Shown: positions 46,268 through 61,593, counted from the stretch's first letter. The stretch is 64,000 bases of DNA from Selaginella moellendorffii (GCF_000143415.4 NW_003314273.1:940074-1004073), one strand, 5' to 3'. The notes: a model not told the origin generated them from the letters alone. Program-made: numbers and translations.

Positions 46268-49200
46268 TGTGAGGGCCAAATGTATAGTTACGATATATAC
46301 TAATATTAGCGTAGTGGGATTTTGGTAGCCGTCAAATTAGTTCAATCCGGACCATTCACTCCTATATATAAACTAGGGTTTTTGGGTTAATTAATATGCA
46401 CATTTTTGTATTCTCTTTCTATATTCCATGCACTCACATTGGTGAAGGCGAGGGGCACCTTTGATTGTCCCTGAAAAGTGCTTGGATTTGGGATTTTGGT
46501 TTAGATCTAACTTTTTGCATCGTCTAGATTTAACTTTTTCCATTTCCTTCTTTTTGCTCTTTTTTTTTTAGGATTTTGGTTTAGATCTAGCTTTTTGCAT
46601 TGTCTAGATCTACTATTTCCTTCTACTCTTCTTTTGCTTTTTCTTTTTCATTTATCTTCATGGCAGATTAGCAATTTCTTCCTTTGACTCTAGAGCAGCA
46701 GTTGGTACAATTGCTTGATGCTATGCACTTGCAATTGAACAACCAAACTCAGTTGATGGCGGCATTCAACGTGGTACAACTCCTGCTTTTGGTGCCAATC
46801 CTCGCGTTTGGTTGGAGTTCTTTTGCTGGTGTCCTGGGGATGATGTGTACCATTGGTTTGATCACTTCATGGTGATTGCCACATATCATTCTTGGGATGA
46901 TGCTCACCGTTTGCGTGAATTTCGCACGTGTCTCAAAGGGACGGCATTGCAGTGGTACAATGGTTTGAGCGCAGCCATTCGTGGGGATTAGAGTGTTCTC
47001 CGTCTTCAAACACGCGTTCGGACATGCCGACGACTGTGATGATGCCTTCCAACAATTGTATTGTCTTTGCCAAGGGCCATCTGAGTCGGTGATGCAATTT
47101 GGCGTTCGTTTCTGAAGTCTTTTGCTTCGTGCGGAGCCAAATATGTCGGAGCGGATCAAGCTAGGAATGTTGTGGTTAGCACTTCGTCAAGATCTGGTTA
47201 GACTTGTCCATGCACTTGCTTCTACCACCCCTGACGATGCTCTTCGCTTGACACAACGTTATGAGATGTCACCTCTTCCACTTCTCGCTACATATCCTTC
47301 AGCTCCACTTCCTTTGGGTGATGGTCTTGTTCCAATAGAGGTTGACACTATTGCTGCTTGAGTCCAAGGACAAATTCGAGGACGTGGTCATGTGTGATGT
47401 TCACTGCTGGGCGTGTGATGAAGTTGGTCATACTTATCAGCGTTGTCAGCGGTTTCCGGATTGGCGACTTCCATTTCCTGGGTGGAGACCTTGACGTTAG
47501 CAATGTCTAGTTGGTGTTGCTGTAGTGGATGGTTTGGACACCGAGATACATTCGGGAAACAAGGAGTCACGCGAGTAATGGAGGGACTTTGCGCGAATAA
47601 GTCAGTGAACCCTCCATCTTTCTTTCAGGAGTATCATCAAGGGGTTCACTCAGCACTAGTTCATCCAGTGTTTACTTTCCAAGCTCGTTTTTATAACAAG
47701 AAGTCTTCTATTATTCTCTCCGTGTTGGTTGATACAGGTTTGAGTTTATCTTTTATTGCTCGACCTGTTGCCACATGTTGCCGTTTACACTTGCAGCGTG
47801 CGGCAGAACCAGTTTTCATTCTTTATGGCAATGGCCGTACATATGCATGTGCACGGGATGAGGCGGACCTGGTTGTGTGTGTGGGCAATCTCGAGCTTGA
47901 GTTGCAGTCATTGCGGATGGTGCCTAGTCAAGTTTTTGACCTCATTCTTGATATGGATTGGTTGTAACGCAATCATGCCAAGTGTGATTTTGAAGCTTCT
48001 CCTCCTTATCTCATACTTCCTTATGTTTCATTCATTCCTCTCACTTCTGTACCTCTTTGTCCCTTTACTTTTACCTTTGCTTCCATTACTTTTGTTCCCC
48101 CACTATTTCCTCCTATGTTTCCATCTTGTTTTGCTCTTTCCTTTTTTGATCCCTCTAACGATCTTTGTGTTGCAGCGATGGACCGGCTCATGAAGAAGTA
48201 TTCTGATCTCTTTGAATTTAACCTATCATCTGGGGCCAAGATTGCCACACGTCATCCAATTCCAACTGGGGATGGTCGTCCAATCAAGTTTCCCGTTCAG
48301 TGTCGGTCACCCAAGGAAATCAAGATTTTACGTACAAATGTTAAGGAGATGTTGAAGAAGGGTTTATTCAGAAGTCGTGGAGTCCTTGGGCATGTGAACC
48401 TCATCATTTCTGCATTGATTATTGTCCGTTAAACGAAGTGACAATCCCAGATGTGTACCTTCTTCCTCACACTATTGATCTCTTGGATCGTCTGGGGCGA
48501 AGTTGTTGGTTCACCAAGCTAGATCTTGCTTTTGGGTACTGGCAAGTACCAATGGCTGAAGAAGATATTCCTAAGACTACTTTTTGTACACCATTTAGTT
48601 TGTACAAGTTCTTGGTAATGTTGTTTGGTTTGAACAATGCTCCAGCAACTTTCCAACGGATGATGGATGAGGTTTTTTGTGATATGTCGGAGGTGACTGT
48701 TGACTTCATTGATGATGTCTTGATCCGCTCGAAGGGGACGTGGGAGGAGCACGTTCGTGATATTTGTAAAATGTTGGATTGGCTACGCGACGTTGGTTTA
48801 AAGTTGAAGCGGTCAAAGTGCGTGTTTGGGTCCAAGGATACAACTTATCTTGGGTACCGTATTTCTCATGAGGGTTTGCAAGTTAATCCTGACAAACTTG
48901 TGGCTGTTCTAAAGTTCCCTACTCCGAAGTGTGTGAATGATGTGCAGCGCTTCTTGAGCAAGGTGCAATATCTCGGTCGTTTTGTGAATATCTTTCTGAT
49001 CGCACTGCACCGTTGCAAGCGTTGTTGAAATCATCAACATCATCTTTCATTTGGTCTCTGGATTGTGAGTGGGCGTTTGGGGATCTCAAAGAGCTATTGA
49101 CAACTCCTCTAGTTTTGGCATATCCTGACTACACTCGACCTTTTATTTTGCGCGTGGATGCTTCTGACATTGGTCTTGGATGTCACGAATGTGACTTTGG

Positions 49201-52200
49201 GTATCGAAAGTTACCTGTCAGCCAGTCCTTACGGACACTCTTACCTTACTGCCATGATGGCAGGAGGTCAGTATTGTTGGTTCCCTTTATCATGTTCAAG
49301 TGTTAGTAAACTGGGCTTAACACCTGTACTTAGCCAGATGGACATAAGGTAGGAACTCCTATGTGTTTCTAGCTGAGCATACTCAGCTTAGCTCTTAGTT
49401 CTCTTTTGCTCTGTCTTGCACTGGCTTGACAAGAACCCTCGCATATTGAGATTGATCCCTCAATATTGCTGGATGATAGCTTACCGTGTCTGCCAAACAC
49501 CCTCGCTATCATGCCCTTTGTGTTAGTCTCATTTTGGTCCTAAATTCTATTTATGGAAAGTGTCCAGATTTGCTCATTTAGCATATCTATGGAATGTAGA
49601 GGTTAATCCGAACACAATGGTGTTCATCCCGTGTCCAAATTCGCAATCTAGCATTATTTCATATTTAGTAAGTTTCGAGTTTGTCCTAGAGATTAACTCC
49701 TGATACTAAGGGAGGTGAAAGCCCAAAGCATGTGTTCCTCAAAGGGGGGGGGGGGGGCTGCGGGGGGTTCCAAATGTATAGTAGGGATAGTGGGTAGGTC
49801 AGCCATGGCCGACCAACCTGAGGCATAGTCTAGCTCCCGCTTGCGTGCCTGTCCTTGTTCTGCGTCCGGCTTGGGTCTAAGCCCAAGTTCCATTCCATGC
49901 TAGCTGGTGGAGTACTCATATCCTCACGTTAAGCCACCGGTATGCTGAAATAACGCCAGACTCCGTTTGGCTCCATTTTGCGTGCTGGTCCTGGCATTGG
50001 GATGCTGGTTGCTCCAGGACTGTTCCAAGTCGCTCCGGGCTCCTGTCCCTTCACTCTTTGGGCTGTATGCTCAGGAGTTTCTCTGTTGTTCGGTTCCGTC
50101 ACTCCTTGGCTTCATACTTGGGAGTTTGGCACCGTTCCTTCGTTCAGTGGCCCAAGGCCTTGAACCTCAAGTTCCACACCACATTTCTTTGGACACATGG
50201 CATCTGTCATGTGGCACAAAGAGGGTTTAGGTTCTGCTTCGTGGTGTTATCCTATGTTAAATCACCATAGGATAAAGGGTCAAAACCACGTGCGCTACAT
50301 TTGGTATCAGAGGGCATGAGTCTCAGCGAGTACTATTCAATGAGATTGGGCAACTAATCTTGTTGCATATGCAAAGATGAAAACGATGATCCGAGTGGGT
50401 ACACATTTTGCTGCAAAGGCTTCGCAATCGTTCCTTGGGTATGGATTTTGTTACCTTTTTGTACCGTGATAATGTGAGTTTGCTCTTGGGCTCACCAGAG
50501 GGATTAAGTTGTTCCAATTTGCACGAGTTTGCGCTTGGGCTTGTGAGTGAGGCACATTAGCAACTCAAGGTTACACTTTGAGTTGGCAGGATTAATGTTA
50601 ACCTATCGGTGGTTCCATGAGTTGTTCCATGTACCATGGGTGAAAGTAAACCTTTCCCTGGGTTTGCTATGAGTGGCAAATAGGCTGGTCCGTAGCTATT
50701 TAACATGGCACTAATGGATCCTTCTTAGGCATGATTACAAGTGGATCAACCAAGACTGTAGGGATTTGTCTATTGATTTAAGTAGTCATTGCCGTGCTCT
50801 CTCATAAACTTTTCTTGGATTGGACTGAAGGCAATGTGAAAGCAAGCTTGAGGTGTAGTCAAAGATGAGACCGAAAAGAGAGTCATCAGGGATGAAGGAT
50901 CAAACACGTAAATCATCTTCTCTTCTTGGAGAGATGATTTGCAATGAGGTGTGACTTATTGCTCGTGGTCACACTATGCAATCAAGAGTCCCTATTTTGA
51001 TGCATGTTGGAGATGATGGTCTTACAAATGGTGAGTTGTGGGATGGATAGCGGTGAAGCGCTATACCATTTTGTCTAGGCTTGCTATTGGAAGACTTGGG
51101 TTGCAATGCTCAATTCTTTTTTGGGGAACCTTGCTATTGCTCCTTGAGTAGCTTGGTGTTGGATTAGTGTTGAGTTTGGTCGGATAGAGAGTGGCATGAG
51201 CTTGTCCATGTTGTGAACAAAAGTTAATGGTGTTCAGTGTTGTAAGTCTCTATCGGTGGAGTGTGGCATTTATGTTGCATTTTGTCGAATTGAGTTGGCA
51301 CTTGATATTCACATAAACCTTTGAAGTAATGACATTGGCATTGCTCGTGGTGTTGCTTAATTGATGATCAAGTCATTGTGATTTTATATCATATCCATGT
51401 GATAATGAGCAATGTGTTTACGAAGTTACTTGGTCAAACGATGATCAACCCCAAAGTGGTTGATGGTGAAGCTAATCTACTTGCACGAAGTAGCATTGTA
51501 GTAGCTTTGACTGGATTCTCAATGGTGATCCGTTATGCTAAGCTTAAGTTGGTTCCTTGCTCCTTGAGGGTTTGCCCATTAGGTGTTGGAAAAAAAAAAA
51601 AAAAAAAAAGGTTAAAGTATTCGCTTGCTATGGCTCGTCGGTTGATCTGTTAGCACTTGGAGTAGATTATTGGATGGAGAAAGTGTGTCATTGAAGCATT
51701 GACATCGCTAGCACTTGTGTTAATGGAAGTGGCATTGTTCTTCAAGTGATGAGGAATTTTCTTTAGAGCTTGATTTTCCATATCATTTTTCTTGTTAGTG
51801 TTTTGGCTTCACATTGGATCTTGAAAGTGGTTGAAGAAGAGTGTTAGTGCAATGTGAAAATCTGAAGATGTGGTCTTCGTGATCAAGCCTTGGATGTTCA
51901 CTTTGCATTTTACGGATGTCGGTGTTGGATATTGGAAGTATGGGCAAAGATGTTCGATGCTTAGCATACTATGGGTCTTAAGAATTTGTATTGAAGTGAA
52001 CTTATGTGAAGTTGTTAGTAGGAGGGAGTTGGTTGAGTTTTGGAAGTTTGTATTTCTAGACTAAGAGTCATTCTTTCTCTAGGATGGAAAATTTTCCACA
52101 AATTTTCTTAAACTTTTCCAATGGCTGATCTGTTATCACTTTGCTCGAAAACCATTCCGTTTTCGTAAGCTAGAAACTAGTGAAAGGGTTAGAGTTGACT

Positions 52201-55200
52201 TCGGTTAGCTTAGATCTTAGTAGATAGTTTGTATGATGCGACCCGAAAGGGATGCTGACTTTTGGGGCTAAGGCAATTGAGTTGGATAGAGTCTGAAGTT
52301 GGTGTAGAAAAGTGGCTGTTGCGCTTTTCTAAGAAAGGTGACCCTTGTGCCTTTCTTCGGTAGCGTTATGTTTGGTGGCAGGCTGCACCTTGCATTTCGT
52401 AAGATTCTATGAGAGTAGTGAGCTCTCACTGATCTTGACTTGGTCTTGGTGGCCCTGCGCCTTGGCTGACGATGGTGATGTCCAACTTAGTTGTTTGTAG
52501 TTAAAATGTTGGTACCCATACTATAGCTTTGTCCAAGTGGAGGTTGTGTACCGATATGAGTCCATCTCATGGTTTTCACTTTAGTTTCGACTGAGTGATG
52601 ATCATGCATAGTTAGCCTCTTTAAAGCATGCTCAGAGCTAGTGGCTAAATGCATTAGTGAGCTTATCGCGATTGAGTTGGATTCAAGTGGTCATTTAGTT
52701 CGTGCTTGTCCATAAACCTTTATCTCGTACCTGGGGTATTACGTTTATGTTGGACAAGTGTGTAACTCAATAGCATGAGTTAGTGTTTGGGTCTTGTGAA
52801 AGGCAAGACAAGTGATTGTTGGTTGCTTTGCAACTAGTGATTGCTTGTAGACTTTGTCAAGGGCTTTTGACACTTGCTTCACTCAATGATGATTTAGCAG
52901 TGATGGGCTTGCTTTACCGGATGGGGTTGCGGAGGATCGTGTCATTACACTTATATGGGTTTTCCATGTTGGCATATCGACTCTACCTTTGTTAATATCA
53001 TTTAGTTGTGTTTAGTTCATAGTGTTAGATTTCATTGAGTCTTGGACGTGGTGATTCACTCCTTGAGGAAGTGTTATCTATAACTGAGTTTTGCTAAAGG
53101 ATTGGTCTCGGATACTATCTAAAGTATCTTCGACCTTGGTTAGCTTGGTTGCTAGAGAGCTTTGAGTGGTGATACACTCATGCTTTCTTTTAGCTTTGTT
53201 CTAGTGTTGATGGCATTGAAGTGATGCCTTGTCGTTGACATTGTTGATGTTGAGATTCGAGTGAGATGAAATGTCTTTCTATAAGATTGATATTGAGTCT
53301 TATTGGTTTCAATGAAGATAGTGTCGATGATTTGGTTGTAGCTTTGTATTATTGATATTCGTGCGTTTGCTAGTTAGCAACTGTAATGACGTTCAAACGA
53401 ACCGAGTGGCAAGTTTGAGTTAGTGTGTTCTAGATGAGATTATTTAGTAGGGGTTGAGCTTTGAGTTTTTCCTTGAAAAGTGATTTAGTCATGGACTATG
53501 CTAACTCTACAAGTGGGAGAGTTAGTGATCGATATTGGAATATTGAAATCCTTATGGGATTTTAGTTGAAATATATCGATTATGATAAATTCTTCTTGTG
53601 CTTGTTATGAAGTGAGTTACGTCTTGTTATAGATGGATTCATGGAGGATCGTTTAATGGTCACTTGTTGAGCATAGTTTCATTATGCTTGGTTTTTGGAT
53701 TGATGCAAATCTGCTCTTCATTAGCTTTGCATTATGAAATTTCGCTTATGGAAGTGTTGAAGAGGATATTGTGGGTTGTACCATGATTTCTCTTTAGTAT
53801 TGACATTAGTTCATGCGAGATTCGTGATCATTATTAGGCAAGACTTGGCTATAGACTTCTTCAAACTTGTGGTTCTTTGAGTTTTATACTTATTGTTCCA
53901 TTTGTTAGAAGTTGTTAGGGAAAGGCATTTTGGCTCATTAGCTTCAGAGTTGAAGTTGGCTTTTGCATCTAGCAATCATTAGTGATGATTGACTATCATC
54001 TAAGATAGTTGATTATCCTTATCAAAAGGTTTTGCTGATTATTGTTGGTCTGGAATTATTTGCTATTCTTCGGGATGGTAGATTCTTTCTTCGACGATGA
54101 TTATACATCACTGCATTGATGGGATGATTGACGATCTTTCATGATAGTTGGTTGTTCTCTTTGATGGCTTATGGCTTTTCGCAATACCACATGTTCTTTG
54201 TGGTTTGTTCTGGATTCGTCTCTTGGGTTTGAAACATCGGTAGGATGTTGCTGACACTTGCTTGAGCAACTCTAGTTCCTTGGTATTATTGACCGAGATC
54301 TATAAAGATTAGCTAGTGCGATAGTTGATATGAATGAATGTTTGTTGGTATTACCACATTCATTCTGTTTTGTTGATTATTACTCGAGTTAGTTCTGATA
54401 GGTTGGAATGTTATTTCCTTTAGGTAATACATTCGCGAGCATTTTGCTTGTCAGTCAAAGATACTTTGTGTTCTTTGAGTTATCTTTAGTAAGTTGTTGG
54501 CTTACTATCTGCTAACTTCGATAGTTAAGTTTCATCATTGCATTTCCTTGATGACATACTTGCTATTGAATTTTGTTGGATGGTGATTCCTATGTTTACC
54601 AATTATGATGATCTTGGTGGTTCCTATACTATAATACTAGTTTATCGGATGATAACTTACTTGGAATACTTTTGTGTTCTAATCTAAGATATACTCATTG
54701 ATAATTAAGTCTCTAAGATATCATTGTCTATAACTTTGATATTGTCCATCTATTCATGTTTGAGTTTGGGCCAGTATAGGCAGACTGGCTTCGGCACTTC
54801 GTGTGCATGTTGAAATCTCTAGTCATGGGGTAGCTACTGTCGACTAGTCACAACTCTAACTCCTGTTTATAGTAGTCTCTCTAAACCCTACTGACGGGTT
54901 TAGTTTCTTTGCTCAAGAGGGTTGGGGCTTTTGGCTTCTCTCTCTATGTTCTTGCAGGCAGAGCGTATCACACTTTTGTAAGCTAGTTGACTCCCAAAGC
55001 AGCAAGGGTGGCTAACTCCGTTGGTCATTTCCTTGTCGGTGATGGCCGGAAGGTGTCTGAGCTGGTAGCGCATTCGCGTTAGACAAAGAGGTTGCCTCCT
55101 AACTCATTTAAGTTGGTGCATTTCTCACATAGTGTGAATACTGTGAACTTTTTCTGGAGTTGTTTCCTTGGCGGTATTCTAGACTCGAGTATGCATAAGC

Positions 55201-57186
55201 CGTACATTACAGCTAGCAGAAATGAACTACTCCACTACAGAGAAGGAGTGTTTAGCAGTAGTTTGGGGTTTCGAGAAATTTCATGCATATCTACATGGTT
55301 CTCGGACGTTACTTGAAGGTGATCATGCTGTTGTTACTTCATTATTGAAGCGGAAGAACCTGGTTAGTTGTATTGCTCAATGGGCTTTGAAGCTTCAGAT
55401 ATATGATTTTGATGTTGTTCATTGCCCAAGGAGTTCTATGGTTGATCCTAATGCTTTTTCTCAAGCTCCTTTTCCTTCTCCATTCTCTTCTCATGTTTCT
55501 GACGAGCCTGTTGTTCCAGCCTCTGTGGATTTTCTAGACGAGGATTCTGTGCCGTCGACAGTTGCTGTACTTGACGTTCAATGTCCACAAGGCACAGAAC
55601 AAAATCCACCTTCTCTTGATGAGGTTCGCGAGGCTTAAAAGATTGAGCCATGGATTCGAAGGCTTCGAGATGGGTTTAAGAATCTTGTATCACTTGTTGA
55701 TGGCTTGCCTTTTCGGCATTTACATTCTCAATATCGCCTTGAAGATAGCCTTCTTTATTTTGTGGGGACGGATCTTGATGATCATTTATGACTGGTGGTG
55801 CCTTCTATCTTTATTCCATGGTTTCTCCATGCTTACCATGATTCTTCTGTTCTAGGTGGGCATATGGGATATTGTCGTGTAACCGAGAAGCTGCACAGAT
55901 CTTTCTATTGGCCGGAGATGTAACGTGATATTATCCGATATGTGCGTAGTTGTGTTTAGTGCTAAGCTCGTAATACTCTCCCTCGGGCTATGGAAGGACG
56001 GTTGAAGTCAATTGCAGTTTCCCGTTCGTTTGAGTTGGTGGCATTTGATCTTCTGGGACCTTTTCCACAGTTGACTACTGGCAATGAGTATGTTATTATT
56101 GCTTCTGACAACTTGGACAACTTCTGACAACTCGTTGGGTGGAAGTTAGTGCTTTTGCTAGTGCCTTTGCAATTGCTATTGGATACTTCCTCCTCAATCG
56201 AGTGGTGTTCTAGCATTCTTGTCCAAAGCGGATTCTTTCAGATAATGGCCCCTCATTTATGGCTGAAGCATTTCATGTTTTGACGTCTCGGTTGGGGATA
56301 CGCCACACTTTCATGAGTGCTTATCATCCACAATCAGACGGTTTGGTGGAACAACTCGTTCGGACATTCAAGGGGATGATTGCGAAATATGTGAACTTTC
56401 AGCATTCGGATTGGGATAGTTATTTGCTGTCTCTTCGGTATGCATATGTCACAGGGGTGCAAAGTTCTGTTGGTGCTTCACCATATAAACTCCTATATGG
56501 TCATGATCCAATATTACCAATGGAGCTGGGTTTACCTTTGTGATTGCCACGAGCTGCTGATGCTAGGTCATGGGATCAATATTTGATGAGCATTCTTCCA
56601 CTTGTCCAAATGGAGTCTGCCAAACACTTAGGCCGTGTACAAATGGGACAACAATGGCGGTACAACTCCCATCATCGTCCACTTGTGGAGTACAAAGTGG
56701 ATGATTTGGTATTAGTCTGTTTTCCCCATCTTACGGTACGTGGTTTATTTAAGGGGCTTCTTGGGTAGTGGAAAGGACCACGGGTGTTGCAACAAGTTGG
56801 ACCACAAGTTTATAAGGTTCAGCATGACATCCAGCAGGCCAATCCTCCAGAGATTGTGCATGTGCACGGTTAAAACGCTTCATACAAAGGGATTAAGAGT
56901 AGTTAATACCACCTACAGATCTGCCGATGCCTCCTCTTGACGTTCCTCCAGATCCCAACCTGTCTACAAGAGAACCTTGATGGTCTTCCATTGTTCCGAA
57001 AGGAGGGGATGATGTGATGGCCAAATGTACGGCTAAATGCCGTATACTAATATTAGCGTAGTGGGATTTTGGTAACCATCGGATTGGTTTCAATCCGGAC
57101 CACTCATTCCTGTATATAAGCTAAGGTTTTTAGGCTAATTAATATACACATTTCTGCATTATCTTTCCATATTCCATGCATTCACA
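46268..57186 (+). mobile_element. Ty3/gypsy family A element (LTRs 46268-46438, 57013-57186) carrying a nested family-B insertion
   Basis: Paired LTRs TGTGA...CTCACA/TTCACA; PBS TGGTGAAGGCGAGGGG; PPT AAAGGAGGGGATGA. gag, LVDTG protease, RT FIDD, RNase H DASD...NYSTTEKECLAV, integrase. Flanks GTGA/ATGA. Confidence 0.92.
49181..55180 (+). mobile_element. Family B Ty3/gypsy element: ~1.1-kb 5' LTR (49181-50299), tRNAi-Met PBS, heavily eroded internal region, no 3' LTR
   Basis: TGTCACG start inside the host RNase H (DASDIGLG|); LTR end GCTACA followed by TGGTATCAGAG (50302-50312); ghost RT/RH motifs (KWRLCTD ~52535, YVMLDKC ~52740, VIHSLRK ~53050); host resumes at ~55187. Confidence 0.78.
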
Positions 57187-57518
57187 ATGAAAAATCTAAA
57201 TAACTAAAAATAAATAATTATCTTTATTGTGATGGCATTTTAAATGTAAATCTTCACTCATGCAATATTCCTATTTATAACCATCTATTACAATTCCAAT
57301 TGTAACATTTTCTTATTTTAAAAAATTATTAAAAAAAATATTTTTTTATTGTGTAAAGATTCTTAAAGGATGAAACACCTTTTCTAAGTAATAAGAGGCA
57401 TAAGTAGTATAACTCATTATCAAAAAGAGATATGGAATACATCTTTGAGATAAGTTTCTTTTTACATTACTATAATTACTACATTTATTTTATATATATA
57501 TAATACAATGGGATTTGA

Positions 57519-57519
<1 letters not shown>

Positions 57520-57552
<33 letters not shown>
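57520..57552. repeat. (TA)n microsatellite
   Basis: TA run. Confidence 0.9.
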
Positions 57553-57554
<2 letters not shown>

Positions 57555-58394
57555 TATATTATGTAAATATATTACATATTCTTAGTGAATCATTTTGTAA
57601 GCTTTGTTCCATTTTACGTAGCTTTTTGCAATATTTCTTATTCTTGACATAGTAGGAAATAAATATTTTGCAAACTAGGTAAATGAATTGGAAGATATAT
57701 GATTTTTTGAGATTTAATATGCATCTGGAATTTAAAAAACTGTTAAATAGCTTCGGAAACAAATACAAAGCCTAAAATTCATACAAAATAATATTTATAG
57801 GAATATTATTGTAAACTCTTTAATTTAAAAAGTCATTTAGCCTAATATTATTCAAACTCAAAAGGATGCTTAACTGTTGCAAATATGACTATGGATATAA
57901 AATAATTTCTATTAGTGAGTTGTTTCAGATATTTTTTCTTTACTATTATGACAATAGAAGGTTGGTATTGCTAGACCTTTGTTCAGTCTCCAACTAAGTT
58001 AGTTGAAAAATTAGTCTTTACATGTGCACTTGGCCAGAAGAGTATAAGAATGGAATTCATAAGTGTTATTACTTAAGCATATTTAACTTAATTAGAAAAA
58101 CTCATTTGTTAGCTTAAACTTGCTAGTGTTGGGAACTCTTACAGTATTGAGCTTAGTCCTTTAATATTTGCTAAGTGATAATATACTATGTTTGTGAAGA
58201 CACTCTTACTATCATACCCTTTGTGTTGGTTTTATTTAATCCTATTAGCTATTCATGGAAAATGTCTAGATTTGTGAATTTGGGATATCAACAGAATGTA
58301 AAGATTGTTGGTGTTGCTTCTACTTCCAAATTTGCAACTTAACACTATTCTATAATTGGTAAGTTTTTGTAATTATCTTAGAGACGAACTCTTG

Positions 58395-58517
58395 AGACTA
58401 GGGTGAAAGCCCAAAGCATGTGTTTCTTAAAGGGGGTTTGTGAGGGATTCCAAATGTATAGTAGAGATAATGGATAGGCTGGGCATGGCCAACGAATTTA
58501 AGCATAGTCTAGCTCAC
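58395..58517 (+). mobile_element. Short fragment of family-B LTR
   Basis: GGTGAAAGCCCAAAGCATGTGTT...TTCCAAATGTATAGTAG...GCATAGTCTAGCTC matches ~49705-49836. Confidence 0.8.
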
Positions 58518-61493
58518 CATATAGAAAAAATAAAAGATAAACCATAAAATAATTTTAAGAAACTTTAATAGTGCTTTGGTTTTTGTATTTATAGTATTGA
58601 AAACTTAAGTGGTATATGTCTATTTACTTTAGAATACTTGGTCAAATTTATCACATGATTGCTCCAGCATATCCTCCTACTAATATGCCACTAACAAATA
58701 GATATTAAAATGAAAAATCCATTTAATACAACCTATGATCCAAATTTATTGTTATAATTAGATCACATGCTATGAATAACAAACTTATATGCATAATATT
58801 TTCAAATGATGTGTGCTTTAGAATCATAAGAGCACTATCATTCATTTAGTTTTGGCACTCTAAAATGTGGTATTCACATGTTAATCAAAATTAAAGGTAC
58901 TAATATATATGTCAATGTTGTTATTGTTTTCAATTCTAATGATGGTCAACCATCTTTTGATGGAGAGAAATATATATCCATATGGGTCACACTTTAAAAA
59001 ATAATTATTATCAATAAATATTGTTCCCCAAAAGTTTGAATGTTTATTTCCATCAAAAGGCACACCTAAAACAAAAAGCAAAGACAAAAATTAAGGTAGG
59101 AGAAGGTTGTTTTTCCACAATTTCCACAACCTTGAGTGAGAAGAAAGTGTATAACTGCCACATACTATGTTATCACCATTTTGGAGTATAGCTTTATATT
59201 AAAAGTATGCCACCATATCCCTCTTTTTTAATTAGATTAGGTAGGTTGACATTTCTAAGCTTATACTGCTATTTAGATTGTGAATGTCTAGATTCCTTAG
59301 CTTTCAAATGAGCCTCTCTAGCCAAGTTTGCACTAATCCAATAGCCTCTTTCATTTATGGTTATTACTACTACTTTCATTTTGGGCAAAGTAAGTGTTTT
59401 TGTTTTCAATCTAAGTGTTGTTCCATCTTCTACATCTGTAGAATTACCTCTCAATTCACCCTTAGAAACTAAGCCTCTAAGACACTCACAAATGATTTTC
59501 ATGGCATTTTTTTATCTTGAACAAATGTTGAAGAGTGCAAGAACTGTTAAATTAATATTTGTGTACATTCTAATATCAGGGTAAATGACTCTTTTTCACC
59601 TAGAGATTACAATTAAAATTGAAAATTGAATCAGATTGAAGAAGCAAGTCCCAATCAACATATGCTTGGTTTAATCACCCTCCAAGTAATTGTCTAGTGC
59701 ACCTATCGGAACAACAACAATATTTTTCTCTTGCAATCTACTCTTTTCTATTGGAATTTTTTTTCTAAATGCATTTTGATGCCTCAGCTTTGTAAAGTAC
59801 TAAGAGGTATTCATTTTCACTTTGGATCCTCCAACAACTTCTGCTAATGGTATAGATATTTAAAATACTATAAAACATAGTGAAGTTGAAACTAATATTG
59901 GTTTCTGTAATAGCCTTGATCAAACCACTTCAATAAATATTCATAATCAAGAAAATGTTGGGCATGAAGATGTGGGAAACAATATAAATATTTTTAAAAA
60001 ACCTTGATGACTGAACAACCTTGAGGATGATGATAACATTGACTATGCTAATGTTGACCATGATGATGGAGAATATATTAACATTAATAGTGACAGGTAT
60101 GGTGATGAAGACCACATGAATTTTGACAATGACAATATTGTGAAATTAGCAAATCAAAGCTTTTATGATGACTACACCACACATATATTCAATATTAGAA
60201 ATGTCTCTTTTTCATGTACTCACTATGGTATATTATATTTTAAAAATGAATCTAGCTTTATATGCTATCAAATGGAGAAGTTTCTTGCAAACTATCACAA
60301 CAACACTAGAATCAACTTGTAATACAATATTGTCATAACAAAGTGGAAGACACAATTACGGTATGCTAAACATGAAGACAAGAAAAATAGCAAACCAAAT
60401 TTTATATTTCTCATTTGTAGCTAAGTTTTTTTCTTTTATTATTGCCTCTTTTTATTTTTATTATCTTTTTTTTTTATTGCCCCCTTTTTTCAACCACTTA
60501 TTACCTTTGCTAAGTTTAATGTTGGAAATTTATAACTTGTGGAACTTGTTGAATGCCTCTCTCATCATAAGAGCTTAAAAGAAGGAAGTGTCCTTTGAAG
60601 TGGAGTAGATTCCTCAAGTGTTATGATAGCAAGAGGTAGCTTGTAAGATATGAACAATTCTCTAAACTATCCTTGAGGGAGGCTTATGGTTAAGCTCCCT
60701 CAAGTTAACCATAAGCTTGGTTGATGTGGTAGTCTTCTGTAGTGACCTTCCATTGATAGCATGAATGATGTTGCAGTTTGAAGTAATTTTTATTATTATT
60801 GCAAATTTTGCAAAAGCCAAATTGTTGGAGATGTTCAACCTCTTGCAAATATAGCAAGAATAGTTCATTGACACCTCCCATGGATGGTTGGGATGAAATA
60901 GCTAGTTATCTACAACATGAAGATAAGTACAATATAAAAATGTATAAGCAAGAACATGCCCTTGTGAACCAATTACAACACAAAGTTATTATTGCACATA
61001 AATGATCTAGCAGATCTTGTTATGCCTTGTTATTAGGCAATTTGTACATGGAGCAACACAATAGATATTCATCTAATCTGTACCTTGCAAATTGTAGAAG
61101 ATTCTACATGGTATTTCTCTTGCAAACCAAGCCTTAGACTCCTGGAATATGTGTCACATGTCACTGAGAATTTTGACCTAGTGTAAGGGTCATCAAACTT
61201 TGGAAACTATATATATGTACTTTGTATTCCTCTTCAAATGTGTCACCAATATAAATAACATTGATGTTGAACTGTATCTACTCAATTGATGTGATAGTAA
61301 CACCAACAACATTAAATTGTATAACTTACAAGTCTTAATAGTGAGTGAACACTAGTGACGCTCACAGTATCAAGTTGAGATTGGCCATTCATGCACTAAT
61401 AATTGGTTGTCAATTTCAATGCACAACAGGTGAGCACCTTGGTAGAACTTTGGATTTTTGTGTTTTAGCATAAAGTTCTAAATGCAAAGCCAT

Positions 61494-61593
61494 NNNNNNN
61501 NNNNNNNNNNNNNNNNNNNNNNNNNNNNNNNNNNNNNNNNNNNNNNNNNNNNNNNNNNNNNNNNNNNNNNNNNNNNNNNNNNNNNNNNNNNNN
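61494..61593. other. Assembly gap (N)
   Basis: run of N. Confidence 1.
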
